From contig KZ538732.1 of assembly GCA_000934665.2 (NCBI GenBank), positions 1-50,548 on the forward strand: a stretch of DNA of 50,548 bases. Direction: 5' to 3'. This DNA comes from Catajapyx aquilonaris (lineage: Eukaryota). The translations under genes were made by a program, and so were the position numbers. Below are positions 37,710-49,433 of the stretch, piece by piece (within the stretch, counting starts at the first letter, position 1; every line of letters begins with the position of its first letter). The notes under the pieces are model-generated. The model searched no databases. It saw only the letters and a program-made list of their open reading frames with translations, and was not told the origin of the DNA.

Positions 37710-38400
37710 TGATATATTATCGACTATAGTCATTTGATAAATCGTATATCGACTATAGACATTTGATAAATCGTATATCGACTATAGACATTTGATAAGT
37801 CGTATATCGACTATAGTCATTTGATAAATCGTATATCGACTATGCATACGATAAATCGTTTGTCGACTAGGCATTCCATAAATAGTTTATATCTATGCGT
37901 ATGAACACAATATATCGTATATCGACTATGCGTTAAATATATCGTATATCGACTAAATTCATTCGATAAATCATATATCGACTATATTCATTCGATAAAT
38001 CATATATCGATTATGCATTCGATATATCGTTTATCATCTATGTACTATTGTACATCATCTATCGTGTACATTAATGATAATAATGATATATCGTGTACAT
38101 AGATGATAAATGATATATCGTGTACATAGATGATTAATGATATATCGTGTACATAGATGATAAATGATATATCGTGTACATAGGTGATAAAATATCGTGT
38201 ACATATATGATAAATGATATATCTTGTACATAGATGATAAATGATATATCGTGTACATAGGTGATAAAATATCGTGTACATAGATGATTAAACAATATAT
38301 CGCGCACATAGATGATAAACGATATATCGTATATCGATCATACAGTCGATATATCGATCATACAATCGATATATCGATCACATATTCGATATATTCCATG
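37710..38400 (+). repeat. CGATA/ATATCG-rich minisatellites (29-bp and ~27-bp units)
   Basis: TATCGACTATAG(A/T)CATTTGATAAATCGTA repeats, then ATATATCGTGTACATAGATGATAAATG repeats. Confidence 0.92.
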
Positions 38401-39019
38401 TATCGAAGCATGGCCCTCAAACCGATATGGTGGCATTCTTGCCCCACAATTTGCATAAAAGTTTGCCTATCGCTAATCCAGAGCCTGGCCACATTTTGGC
38501 ACAGCTTTGGTCCCAGCCACTGTCGCGAATGTCAGGCAAATGTCCGCAATCCTCCCCATCCACCCCCCACCTTTCACTTTCACACGACGCCCAGCACTTG
38601 GAGTGTTTATCCGGAATATAACGCACACTCGATTGGACCCAAAACCGGACGTCGAGTCTTGCGTTTGTCACCACCCCTCTCCTCCCTCAGCAGCCTGTCC
38701 CAAGCATGTGTCCCCCCGTCCCGAAAAGCCATATTTACTCCCGGACAGAAGCCTCCCTAAATAATAGTGTGTTAGGTCCAGTGAACTGAAGGCCTGTGCA
38801 TGGCACACTCTGCTTTAAACAACACGCTCGGCCTGCTGATACGTGTCCACTAACGATGCTCCACTTTATGCCCTACTTGTACTCGGAGTTACACACGTGT
38901 TACGACCACTAGATAGCCTCTGCATACAAGGTGATTCATATTGTTGAATAGGAAGCGATAACGTGAACGTTAGGTGAGAATCGGATCAAGAAAATGGGTT
39001 GTAAACAAAAATTTCCAGC

Positions 39020-39062
39020 AAAGCCACAATAACGTTCATTCGATGAACGTTATTGTGGCTTT
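39020..39062. repeat. Perfect 20-bp hairpin with 3-nt loop
   Basis: AAAGCCACAATAACGTTCAT-tcg-ATGAACGTTATTGTGGCTTT. Confidence 0.95.
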
Positions 39063-39139
39063 TCCATGGCTAGATGCACTCGGGTGTCATATGCATTCGT
39101 TTCACCCATTCGGAAGCGCTCTCTGAATTGCCCTCCGCC

Positions 39140-39382
39140 TAGAGAGCCTCTATGAAGAGAGTCGCCAACTTCTGACGTCACGTCGTCTCTGATTGGTTGG
39201 AGTAATTATGAACTTTTTATGTGTCCAATGGAGGCCGCCATCTTACGTTTCTATGGAAATAGTGGCAGGCTCTGACGTCACGGTCGACTCCGATTATTGG
39301 CTGGAGTCGACTGGAATAGTACAGGCCTTCTGGCTACAGCCAATTGGAGTCGACCGTGACGTCAGAAGTTGGCGACTCTCTA
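39140..39382. mobile_element. hAT-type MITE (GAGAGTCGCCAACTTCTGACGTCAC family), copy 2
   Basis: GAGAGTCGCCAACTTCTGACGTCACG (39157) / CGTGACGTCAGAAGTTGGCGACTCTC (39380); starts TAGAGAG like copy 1; degraded 8-bp TSD CCTCCGCC/CCCCCACC (6/8). Confidence 0.85.
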
Positions 39383-40594
39383 CCCCCACCACTTCGTCGC
39401 GTAGTAAATATCATCCGAATGTTTTTAACCCTAACCTGGCCTGATCTCACAGTAACCTGACCTGACCCTAATCTGACCTAACCTTGACATTGCGAACGTA
39501 ATTTCATGATCGGAACACAATTGTCGGAAACATTATTTGTAGCCACAAGGTACAGGGTGATTCAGAATGTAACTAATTGCTCCATCCTTAATAATGGCCG
39601 GGGGTTGGATACAAAACATAGCTATTTTTCCGTGGGTGGTACAGGGCTTGGGGCTGGGTGGACCTCGTTTATTCATGAGGCATGTATGAATCGGCGTCGG
39701 CCACAATCGCCAACAACATTACCATACGGATTCATGCACCGAAAGGCGTGTCGCCGGGGTCCAAATCAATTGCGCAAACACCAAAAAGGTACGTGGACAC
39801 AACAACAACTCTGCCGGTTGCTGTTATGTTGTTGTTGCTGCTCAAACATAGCCAAACAAGCCATATGTGCACGCCATATTTACTCGGACACCTCTGTAAG
39901 TGTGGACAATGGCTCAATTTTTGGTGCATTGACACAAGTGTGCCAGGTTCCGGACTGGGTGTAGTTCGGCTCGTTTACACGGGAAAAGTGAACCGAACCT
40001 GGCCCATTTGTGTCAATAATATTAAATTAAAAACTAGGAAATGACAATTTTAAAAACATGAAAACTTGAAATTTGAGTAAAATTTCAAACATACAAAAAT
40101 GTGAATATTTCAAAAATGTCTAATAATGTAGATTTTAAATTGATAATTTTATACTGTATATTAAAGCACATTATGAAAAGATTAAAAAATAATCGTGTGA
40201 AAATTAATAAATCCAAAACTTCAAAATTAAATATTGTAGTTTTAGTCTTTGAATTTATTAATTTTCACATTATTTTTTATTTGTTAAAATTATTAATTTT
40301 CACATTATTTTTTATTGTTTTATAATTATTAATTTTCACATTATTTTTATTGTTTTATAATTATTAATTTTCACATTATTTTTTCAATTTTTAAAAATTA
40401 ATATTTTCACAATATTCTTTAATGTTTTAAAATTATTCATCAATAATCATCAATAAATTTTAAACATTGAAAATATTTTCACAATATTTTCTCATTTTTG
40501 AAAATTATTTTCACAATATTTTCAATTTTTTAACATTATTTTTTCTTTTTTAAATTATTAATTTTCACATTTTTAAATTTTTCATTTGCAATGG

Positions 40595-40921
40595 TTATTT
40601 TTTGAATTTAGAAATGTTCAGCTTTAAAATTTTAAATGTTCAGTGTTCTTTTAAAATTTTAAAATTAAAATTTCATGGTTAAATTTTTAAATTTTAAAAT
40701 TAAAATTTCATGGTTAAATTTTTAAATTTTAAAATTAAAATTTCATGGTTAAATTTTTAAATTTTAAAATTAAAATTTCATGGTTAAATTTTTAAATTTT
40801 AAAATTTTTAATTAATTTTTAATTTTTAGAATTGAAATGTGAAAATTTAAATTTTAAAATTTAAAGAGAACACTGAACAATTAAAGTTTTAAAGCTGAAC
40901 ATTAATAAATTCAAAAAATAA
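40595..40921. repeat. 35-bp tandem array (~4 copies) enclosed by ~70-bp inverted repeats
   Basis: Unit AAAATTAAAATTTCATGGTTAAATTTTTAAATTTT; flanks TTTTTGAATTTA..AATGTTCAGCTTTAAAA..TGTTCAGTGTTCT / AGAACACTGAACA..TTTTAAAGCTGAACATT..TAAATTCAAAAA. Confidence 0.85.
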
Positions 40922-41997
40922 CAATTTCAAATTATAAGGAGAACATTAAAAAATTAACCATCAAAAATTAAATTCAAATATAAATTTGACACATCGCATT
41001 GTAAACAAAAATGTCTTAAAATTACTTACACAACTTATTGCCAAAATTCGCAAATTAACCAACCGACACGTTGCATAACTACTGAAAACCACCTTAATAT
41101 TAGGTCCCAACCACAACGTATAATTGCCAATATTAAGCAAGCAAAAACATTCTCCAAACTATGGCCACTCCAATTAGTCGCGATTTTTTTGCAAATACCT
41201 CTCTCCTCTCACACCAAATTTTCACTCAACTATTTGGCAATCTATTTGCACTTTTTTTGCGCAAATCAACACAGAGGGGAGGGGATATACTCTCTCTTTT
41301 TGACGCACAGCTCAATTAAAAATAATTACCTCAGTGTCACGTGCAGGATTAACACAAGCACCTATGCAAAAAAAACACAGTTTTTATCGCCTGGTTTTTC
41401 GCATAATTCCCATCCGCCCCGGTCTATTGGCCAGATTATGATTGGCCTAGAAAACTCGGCTTATACCCACACAAAAAATCTCGCGGACACACATCCACTT
41501 GCAAAAATTTTGATATCAGCTTTTCTCTTTGATGCGCAAAAAAAAACTTTTTGCAAGTAGATGTGTGCTAATACCCGCCTGTCCCGATGGATGTTGCCAC
41601 ATTGAAACATACACTGGAGTTAATGGAGGTTGATGAGGTCTAATCCGCAGATTCAGCAATTCGCGAATTTTATTTTGCAAAAAGGGATTATTTGCAACTT
41701 GGAGTGGACGAAAATCTGACATCCAATAGATGCTGACCGGATATCCGGCTATTGGAGGAGGATCAATATGACAATGGTGCAACTGGGAGGGATCAATGGA
41801 TAGATATTACTAGTTAATGGAGAAAATTCCCTGAGGAAAAGTTGACCGGAAGTTCGATATGCCAAAATTATATTGTGTTTAATTTGTAAAAATATTTTTC
41901 TTCTTATAAGCAAAAAAACCTAACAGAATGACTGAAAATGTAACATTTTGTACCAGTGTCCGATATACTGCAAAATTACAGTATTTTGCGTGGCACC

Positions 41998-42172
41998 GCA
42001 ACGAACGTTATTGTGGCTTTGTCATGGAGAGATGCCCCGGCCCGGTTCTGTGTGGCCCTGCCAGGTAGGGTTCGTCCACTGGCATGATAGTTTGAGTTAA
42101 ATGAGCGCTTATTGTGCGTTGCGTAACAGCGAAAATTATTGCACCAAACGAACGTTATTGTGGCTTTGTCCC
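41998..42172 (+). repeat. Dispersed repeat with two direct AACGAACGTTATTGTGGCTTTGTC motifs
   Basis: The 24-bp motif occurs at ~42000 and ~42147; the intervening sequence shares blocks with 1615-1762 and 39045-39085. Confidence 0.8.
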
Positions 42173-42522
42173 CCTTAAACCCGAAAGGGTAACAATGGGA
42201 TAAATAAATAAATATTGTGGCTATGTCACAGGCGTCACATATACTGTGCAGTAAGCGAGGTATATACGGGTTCATTGTGCACATGCACACTACACCCTAC
42301 CACCCTACGTGCAACGCCATCTGTAAACAACACAACAAAACCGCCCGTATATCATTAACCGTCCGTGGTGCAACCGTCCCTCCAGAATCCCATGGAGAGA
42401 ACCCCACCCAGGAAAATCGAAAATGAATGGTCGCAATCAAGTAAGCCTCATTCTGACCCCCCCAGTCTGAAATGGCACCACAACTCTGGCCTAATTAGAC
42501 CCTCGCGCAGAGAGAGAGTGGG

Positions 42523-42684
42523 NNNNNNNNNNNNNNNNNNNNNNNNNNNNNNNNNNNNNNNNNNNNNNNNNNNNNNNNNNNNNNNNNNNNNNNNNNNNNN
42601 NNNNNNNNNNNNNNNNNNNNNNNNNNNNNNNNNNNNNNNNNNNNNNNNNNNNNNNNNNNNNNNNNNNNNNNNNNNNNNNNNNNN
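42523..42684. other. Assembly gap (N run)
   Basis: 162 N between G-rich and C-rich flanks; isolated Ns also at 6417, 10231-10233 and 44979, next to homopolymer runs. Confidence 0.99.
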
Positions 42685-43299
42685 CCCTTGGCCCCCCCTT
42701 GCCCCCCCTACCTTAATTTGAGACCACTAGGCTGTGGCTTGAAGCACACAGAGAGAACAATGTGACGGCATAATTTAAACTTTCGGCATGGGGGGGGGGG
42801 GAAGGTGGGAGGGAGGCAGATTTGAGGGAAACGGGGGGGCATGGGGGAGCAAAAGGCGAAAATCCGCAGAGCTGGGCTTCCGGATAATTGAGTTAAAACG
42901 CGAAACCGATCTCGGACTTAGGGGGAGGACCATCCTCCGCTTGTCATACGGCTCGTTTAGGATCCGGTCAGAGGTGAGAAGGAGCACCAGGACATCGATA
43001 TATCACGCATGTTCATGATATTTTGATTTGTTCCCACCTATCCCCGACGTATACCGTTACAACATGAGAACAACTCTTCGACAATGCGATACATCGAATG
43101 CGTGATTGATACACGATATATCGAACGTGATCGATATTGCGATACATTGAATATGTGCTTGATATAATAATAATATATACCGAATGCATGATCGACAGTA
43201 CGATACATCGAATTGTGATCTATAAACATTGAATAGATAAGTAATCTTATGATATATCGAATAGACAATATTATGATGTTCAATATAGGTAAGCGGGGT

Positions 43300-43650
43300 A
43301 TTCGGGTATTTCGGATATCACCGATATCACGATGCAGTACATCAAATATACGGTATCACCGATATTACGATATATCAAATATAAGTTATAATCGATATCA
43401 CAATACACGTATATCGGATGTAATTTAATCGATATCACAATACACGTATATCGGATGTAATTTAATCGATATTACTGTATATCGAATATAATTTAATCGA
43501 TATTACTGTATATCGAATATAATATATGCGATATTACTGTATATCGAATATAATATATGCGATATTGCTGTATATCGAATATAATATATGCGATATTACT
43601 GTATATCGAATATAATATATGCGATATCACAATGTATGAGATATATTCGA
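43300..43650 (+). repeat. CGATAT-rich minisatellite (~30-35-bp units)
   Basis: CGATATTACTGTATATCGAATATAATATATG and related units. Confidence 0.9.
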
Positions 43651-43764
43651 TATTAAAATATAATTATATAGAATATAATTGATGTTTCGAATTTACTGGA
43701 CATGGATAGAAGTGTGAAAACGTGATCGATTATAATATGTTTCACACAAATGATCGATATTTTG

Positions 43765-44083
43765 ACCGAAGCAGTGGTGGCGGAGGGGATAAGGCGTCCG
43801 ACTGCTAATCGGGAAGTCCTGGGTTCGAATCCCGGTGCCGGCAACTCCAACCGTGGTTTTCTGTGGTTTCCCACGGTTCCTCCAGGAGAATTCCGGAGTT
43901 TTTTCCTAAACTAATAGGCCACAGCCGCCTCCTTCCTTTCCTATCCTATCCCAAAAAGCGCAGTAAAAACGAAAACGAAGAGTTCCAGTCAAAACAAAAA
44001 ATATCCCCCCTAAAGAGCCGCCGGCTGATAACGGGGTATGAATTATTATAATTATTATTATTATAATAATAATAATAATAATA

Positions 44084-44134
<51 letters not shown>
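43765..44134 (+). mobile_element. Full-length tRNA-derived SINE with (TAA)n/(TTA)n tail and 15-bp TSD
   Basis: A box TGGCGGAGGGG, anticodon arm TCCGA-CTGCTAA-TCGGG, B box GGTTCGAATCCC; body GGTTTTCTGTGGTTTCCC...AGGCCACAGCCGCCTCCTTCC like arthropod SINE central domains; exact TSD ATGATCGATATTTTG at 43750-43764 and 44135-44149. Confidence 0.93.
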
Positions 44135-44136
<2 letters not shown>

Positions 44137-44200
44137 GATCGATATTTTGGCATTGAACATGAGCAACATTTCTGGAACAGGTCATTCCCATTTCGATATA

Positions 44201-44634
44201 CAGGGTGTTCATGAAAAACACCGACAAACCTGTACCGCCCCCTACCTAGGCACCTGAGGATCACATTATGTAGAGGAGTGATTGTGCCTGGACCGCCTCA
44301 TTACTGAGATAATTGACATACCTGCTCTTTAGCGATTTAGCTTAAGCGTTAGGGGGTATCCACGTGAAGACAAAAAATGTGCTGCAAAAAAATTCGCCAA
44401 TAGCGATTATTCTTGCTCCAGAACGGCGATGCGATTTTTCCCTAATCACTCCTTCTGACTAAGGGAGGGTTCGTAGGGTGGCCTAACTTCCAGGATATTT
44501 CATACTACCTGCTTAAAGGCAATTTGCGCGGTAATGAGGCGGTCCAGGCATAATCACTCCTCTACATAATGTTATCCTCTGGTGCCTAGGTAGGGGGTGG
44601 TATAGGTTTGTCGGTGTTTTTCATGAACACCCTG
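44201..44634. mobile_element. Tc1/mariner-type MITE with ~105-115-bp TIRs
   Basis: TA|CAGGGTGTTCATGAAAAACACCGACAAACCT...GCCTGGACCGCCTCATTAC and its inverted copy ending TTTTTCATGAACACCCTG (followed by TG). Confidence 0.92.
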
Positions 44635-45373
44635 TGTATTGAACACTCAATACATATTTTCCCTGCAGATAAACTTCCGTCGCTTGTTCCACCCAACCTA
44701 TCAAAAAGTAATATTTTTGTGAACCACAAATTTGAACCCGAATCGTCCAAAATAAAATTCAAGAGACTACGAAATCGGTAGCAGTAAAATATAGCAACAC
44801 CATAACCGCTTCCAGTTGGGTCGTAAAGTAAAGAACATCTCAAATCAGCGCCAGGTATCGCCTGGTGTAGGAATTTATATCGGGCTACTTGCACTAAACA
44901 TCAATGTACGGGATGGTGGGGGGCAACACAGCGCCCCCCCCCCCCCCCCCCCCCCCCCCCCAGATTTACAAACCACCCNAAATTTCAAAGGCCATGCATT
45001 TGCATAATATTCCATTCTGGATAGGATGCACACACAATAGACTCCTGGAGCTATCGTGACCGCGCTGCTGCTGCTGCTGCTGCCTATGTGTCTCTAGACC
45101 CTGGTCTGCCCTGCATCGAAATCGATGTACGTCGTTTCCAAAACGGCACAAAACTTAGGCCCAAAAAATATGGCCGTACATGCGAGGCCCGGGTCGATCG
45201 TGTCTGTGTTGCATATGGGCGACGATAGCAAAGCTTCGGGTAGGGGACGCAACAATTAGGGGCAGCCGGCGTCGGAGATTGGGAGCCGACTACTGAAAAG
45301 CCGAGGGTAAGTTGCTAGGGTCGATTGTGTGGTCGCGTTTGAAAGGGCAAGAAACGTGCTAGTTTTGGACAGG

Positions 45374-45975
45374 AGAACCATATCCCTCTCCTAGATAGCG
45401 AGCTACTGCCACTCTCTGAATCGTGAGATGGGTAATGATGACGGACAGTGCGATATATCGACTGTCCGATCGATATACGATATATCGACTGCCCGGATAT
45501 ACGATATATCGACTGTCCGATAGTTACGATATATCGACTGTCCGATAGTTACGATATACCGAATCCATGATTGACATACAGTACAATCGAATGTATTGTT
45601 TATATGTGTATAGATCAAGTGTACGATCCATATACGATATAGGCTTATCGACTGTACGATAGAGTTACGATACACCGAAAACCGAATGTATGATTGACAT
45701 ATGATATATCGAATGTATGATTGACATATATATGGAATGTATAGTCAATATATAATATATCGAATGTATAGTCGATATATAATAACTCGAATGTATCGTC
45801 GATATATAATATATCGAATGTATCGTCGGTATATTATATATCGAGTGTACCATCCATATACGATACATCGAATGTATGATCGATATTCGATACATCCAAT
45901 GTACGATCGATATAGTATACGATACATCGAAAGCTGAATCCGGACAGACAGAGGCACAGACTCAACCTAATTCTA
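45374..45975 (-). repeat. Three-block dispersed repeat, copy F, with a ~500-bp CGATA minisatellite between blocks 1 and 2
   Basis: Minus strand TAGAATTAGGTTGAGTCTGTGCCTCTGTCTGTCC (45942-45975) ... CACGATTCAGAGAGTGGCAGTAG (45403-45425) ... GAGAGGGATATGGTTCT; CGATATATCGACTGTC / ATCGAATGTAT repeats at 45450-45930. Confidence 0.75.
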
Positions 45976-48900
45976 CATGATTTGAGTCCAGTTTCCAGAC
46001 CTGCCATTAGAGTGCTTCCTTACCCCTGTAGATTAACACCCCCGAAATTAACCCCCCAATTAAACCACTTTGAATATCCTAACGGGGTTCTCCGTCCCAC
46101 TGAATCAATATGTCCGATGATTGTGCAGGTGACTCGGGACAGGGTTTAAGCCGAAAATGGAAGCGCATGAAATGACATTTATGGCAGGGATCAAGCAAAC
46201 ACCCCTCCTCCCTCTCTCCCTCCCTGTGTGTGACCAATCCGGTAGTCCACCATCCCCCTAACCAATTACCGGAATCTTCCGGGTGGGCTTCCCTCACACT
46301 TGTCCGGAGATCAAACACTGGGGGGTTTAGGACCGGCCCGTATTTTCCGGTCATTTTTTTTAACTGACCAGTTGAGGGGGGTTTTTTGATGAGAAAAAAT
46401 GGCGGATTTGTCACGAACACTTGTTGCGAGCTACTTGAGAGCTATTCATACAGTCGCGTCTTTTAGGTACTTTAGAAGCTCATTTTGACGGATAAAATGA
46501 GCTTATAAAACGCGACAAATTTATATCTGTGGAAAACGCGATTATCTGATAAAATATATTAGTATCACGTGAATAATATAATTTAATGCCATTTTAAAAT
46601 GTAATTTTAAATATTTAAGGACAAACTGTGCAAAATTGAATTTTAAAATTTACTGTTAACTTCACATTTTGATTACAAAAATTTAATGGCATTTGAAAAT
46701 TATTTATTATCACCAATTTTATGATAGTTTCAAAATGCTATTTTAAAATTTAGTGTCGGTTTCAAAATGTTATTTTAAAAATTTAGTGTCACCTTCAAAA
46801 TGTTATTTTTTGAAATTTTACGATAATTTCAAAATTCCATTTATTCTATTCCATAGCTTTGTCCCATAATGGGGTGACTTTGAATATTTCAAATCAATTT
46901 CAAAATTGATTTTAAGTCATTCAAAGTAACTTTCAAAACTTAATTTTCATAGGCTAATAATGACTCAAAATGTAATAATTTTCAAATGCTAATAAAATTC
47001 AAAGCTTAATTTTCAAAAGGTAATAATTTTCAAAATATAATTTTCAAAAATTAAAGATATTTTCAAAATTAATGTCAATGTCAGAATGTTACTTTTAAAA
47101 TTCGTAATTTTAATTTCAAAATTTTAGTTTCAAAAATTTTCAGGTGAATTTGACGAGCAGTGGAAGTTGGCCCCTGATATCAGGCTTCCAGTTGCGCAGT
47201 TAAGGCTGAAAAGTTGCCCTGAAGTGTCAGGATAATTCCTATCCATTCGATGCTCATTAATTTTTCTATTCCTAAAATTTATTTTTACAAAAACCTGTAT
47301 CTACAACCTGTCTGTACTGTACAACCACCTTCAGCTTGAATAAATCAGCAGTGTATGAAATACCTACACTCTTGCCCACCAGCCCTTGGTATGAATAAAC
47401 CAGCGCAATGCAACACATATGTATGCGTGCAACGGGCCGTTAAAGTGCACTAAATCCGCATATAAGCACACCTTTACATATTTTACTTTTAGCGGTCGGT
47501 TAACAATGCGTCCCCACCTTTAAAAAAAAAACTAACATTGTTATGAATACTGAAACCCAAAAAAAAAGTTCGGATTAAACTGTACGCCACGGTTACTGTA
47601 ACATGCCCTACTTTTCCAGCCATGTAAATACTTTGGTGATAAAAACTATGGTTTAATTGTGTGTCTTGTTCAATCAGGTTAGTAGTAAAGATTGCTCTTG
47701 GTTTCTTTTTTGGTTATTACTGTTGCCAACTTTGATTCAGCCAAATGTGGGACGAGGGAGAGAGTGGGAGGACGGGGAGAGGAGATAAATTATCCTAATT
47801 GAAAACCTGTCAACAATGGTTGGTTTTATGGACTGTAATGAGTTTCACAAGGTTCGTTGCAATGGAGGAAAAAAAACTCTACATGAACTATGTATGTCTG
47901 AAATGATACTGAAATTAACCGGGGGTTTTTTTCAGATGAGTTGTTCGAACTCACCCTGGCAAACCTGTTTGTAACAAAGGAGGTGTAATAGGCGAGTCAA
48001 TAATGGATACATTTGAAAATATAAAATACACAAAATTTAACTTTAAATAGACTCATTAGAAATTCTTATTAATGTCTAGTTGAACAATAACGTTTGAGTT
48101 AAAATCGGCTTAAGTTCTAAGTTGCAATAATTTGCGTCAAACAATCGCTCAAATCACTTCTTCACTAGTTATGACTAAAGGCGTGAACTTAATTCATTTT
48201 ATGCCCAAGAGGTCCATATAGCTGGTTAGAGAAATGGTTGTCACTCTCTCAGTAACATGTCACAATTACTTAAAAGTGCACTTTAATTAATTAGAGTGAC
48301 TCAAAACGCTTCATGTTGAGTTTGTTCCTACTTTTGAGCAAATCTTTCTTCATTGCTGGTGAGTAATTCTTACACAAACATTGGCTTATTTACTCAGGAT
48401 TTGACTAACGAGTCACCAACATTGTAAATTGCATCAGTTATTTCCATTAAACGTAACTCAAAATTAGCGGATTTTTAATTCATATTATAATATTAATTTT
48501 TATGCTGTCTTTATGTTAACTCCCTATTTGTATAACATACGCCAAAATGTTTTCTGAACCGCCATTTTTTCCTAAATTAACTCAAAATGTAGTTCATTGT
48601 TATAAAAGCAACACAATTGAACACACAAAATTTCCATATATAAATACGATTTGTTAGCGCTGATTTTAATGGGCAACCATTTTCAAAAAAAAACTCGAAA
48701 TTGAGTTGGCTGGCATTTTGAGCTCAATTTTATAACATATCCTACATACACTGCCAATTATTTTATTGGTGACATAACTGAATAATATTTTGAGAGATTT
48801 TTCACTGCCACATTTTGCGTATTGCCTAGCCCAATTTTAACAATATTTATTGATTTATTAATTTATTTTATTAACCTTAGGTCGTTTTTGGGGTTATCAT

Positions 48901-49137
48901 CGCCATGATTTACACATATCAATTTTAACAATATTTTCCGAATTAACTCAAAATTTCCAAACTCATATTTTGCTTTTACTGATTTGCAAAAAAAAAAAAG
49001 TTTTTCCAACCCGTCCCGACAGTGTCAATTGTTGACCCCCCCCAACCAACCCGGCCATCAATAATTGATCATCCTAACCCTGTGGTGAACCTCCGGATCA
49101 AGCCACAGCCACGTGGCACACATCAGGCGTGGCTTAC

Positions 49138-49433
49138 CTTTTTCTGAGTGTGTCCTACACAGTTATGGGGGGGGACACCAACAGAACGTTTTGTCCGATA
49201 ACACAAACAGTTTACACGGAAATGTCACACATCACTCTCACTGTTGCCAACAGTTGAAAAAACCGATTGGAAATTTAAAAAAAAAAACGGGCTGGTTAAA
49301 GTATTAACCGACGGTTATCTCCAAACCGATTTGAACGTCTGTCTTCGGTCGGACAGAAGACATCGTGTGAGGTTATTCGGATCTTCCGCGCCGGTTCCGC
49401 GCTTCCTAACCGTTGCGCCGCCGAACTCGCACT
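49138..49433 (-). other. Candidate non-coding first exon (5' UTR) of a minus-strand gene
   Basis: Begins at initiator TTCAGTG (A at 49433), CpG-rich leader, ends at strong donor AAG|GTAAGC (intron from 49137); no long ORF. Confidence 0.5.

Noticed and set aside
39551..39600. Tc1-type TIR start TACAGGGTGATTC
   Set aside because: No matching inverted end found nearby.
43771..43843. tRNA-Ser(GCT) gene
   Set aside because: The acceptor stem does not pair, the long variable arm is missing, and it is followed by a SINE body, tail and TSD.
45064..45084. (CTG)n as a polyQ/polyA/signal-peptide coding tract
   Set aside because: Frames are closed by nearby stops or lack a start; only ~6 units.
46021..46045. 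miR-10 family-like TACCCCTGTAGAT
   Set aside because: Extra C in the seed, no match beyond ~12 nt, and no precursor hairpin seen.
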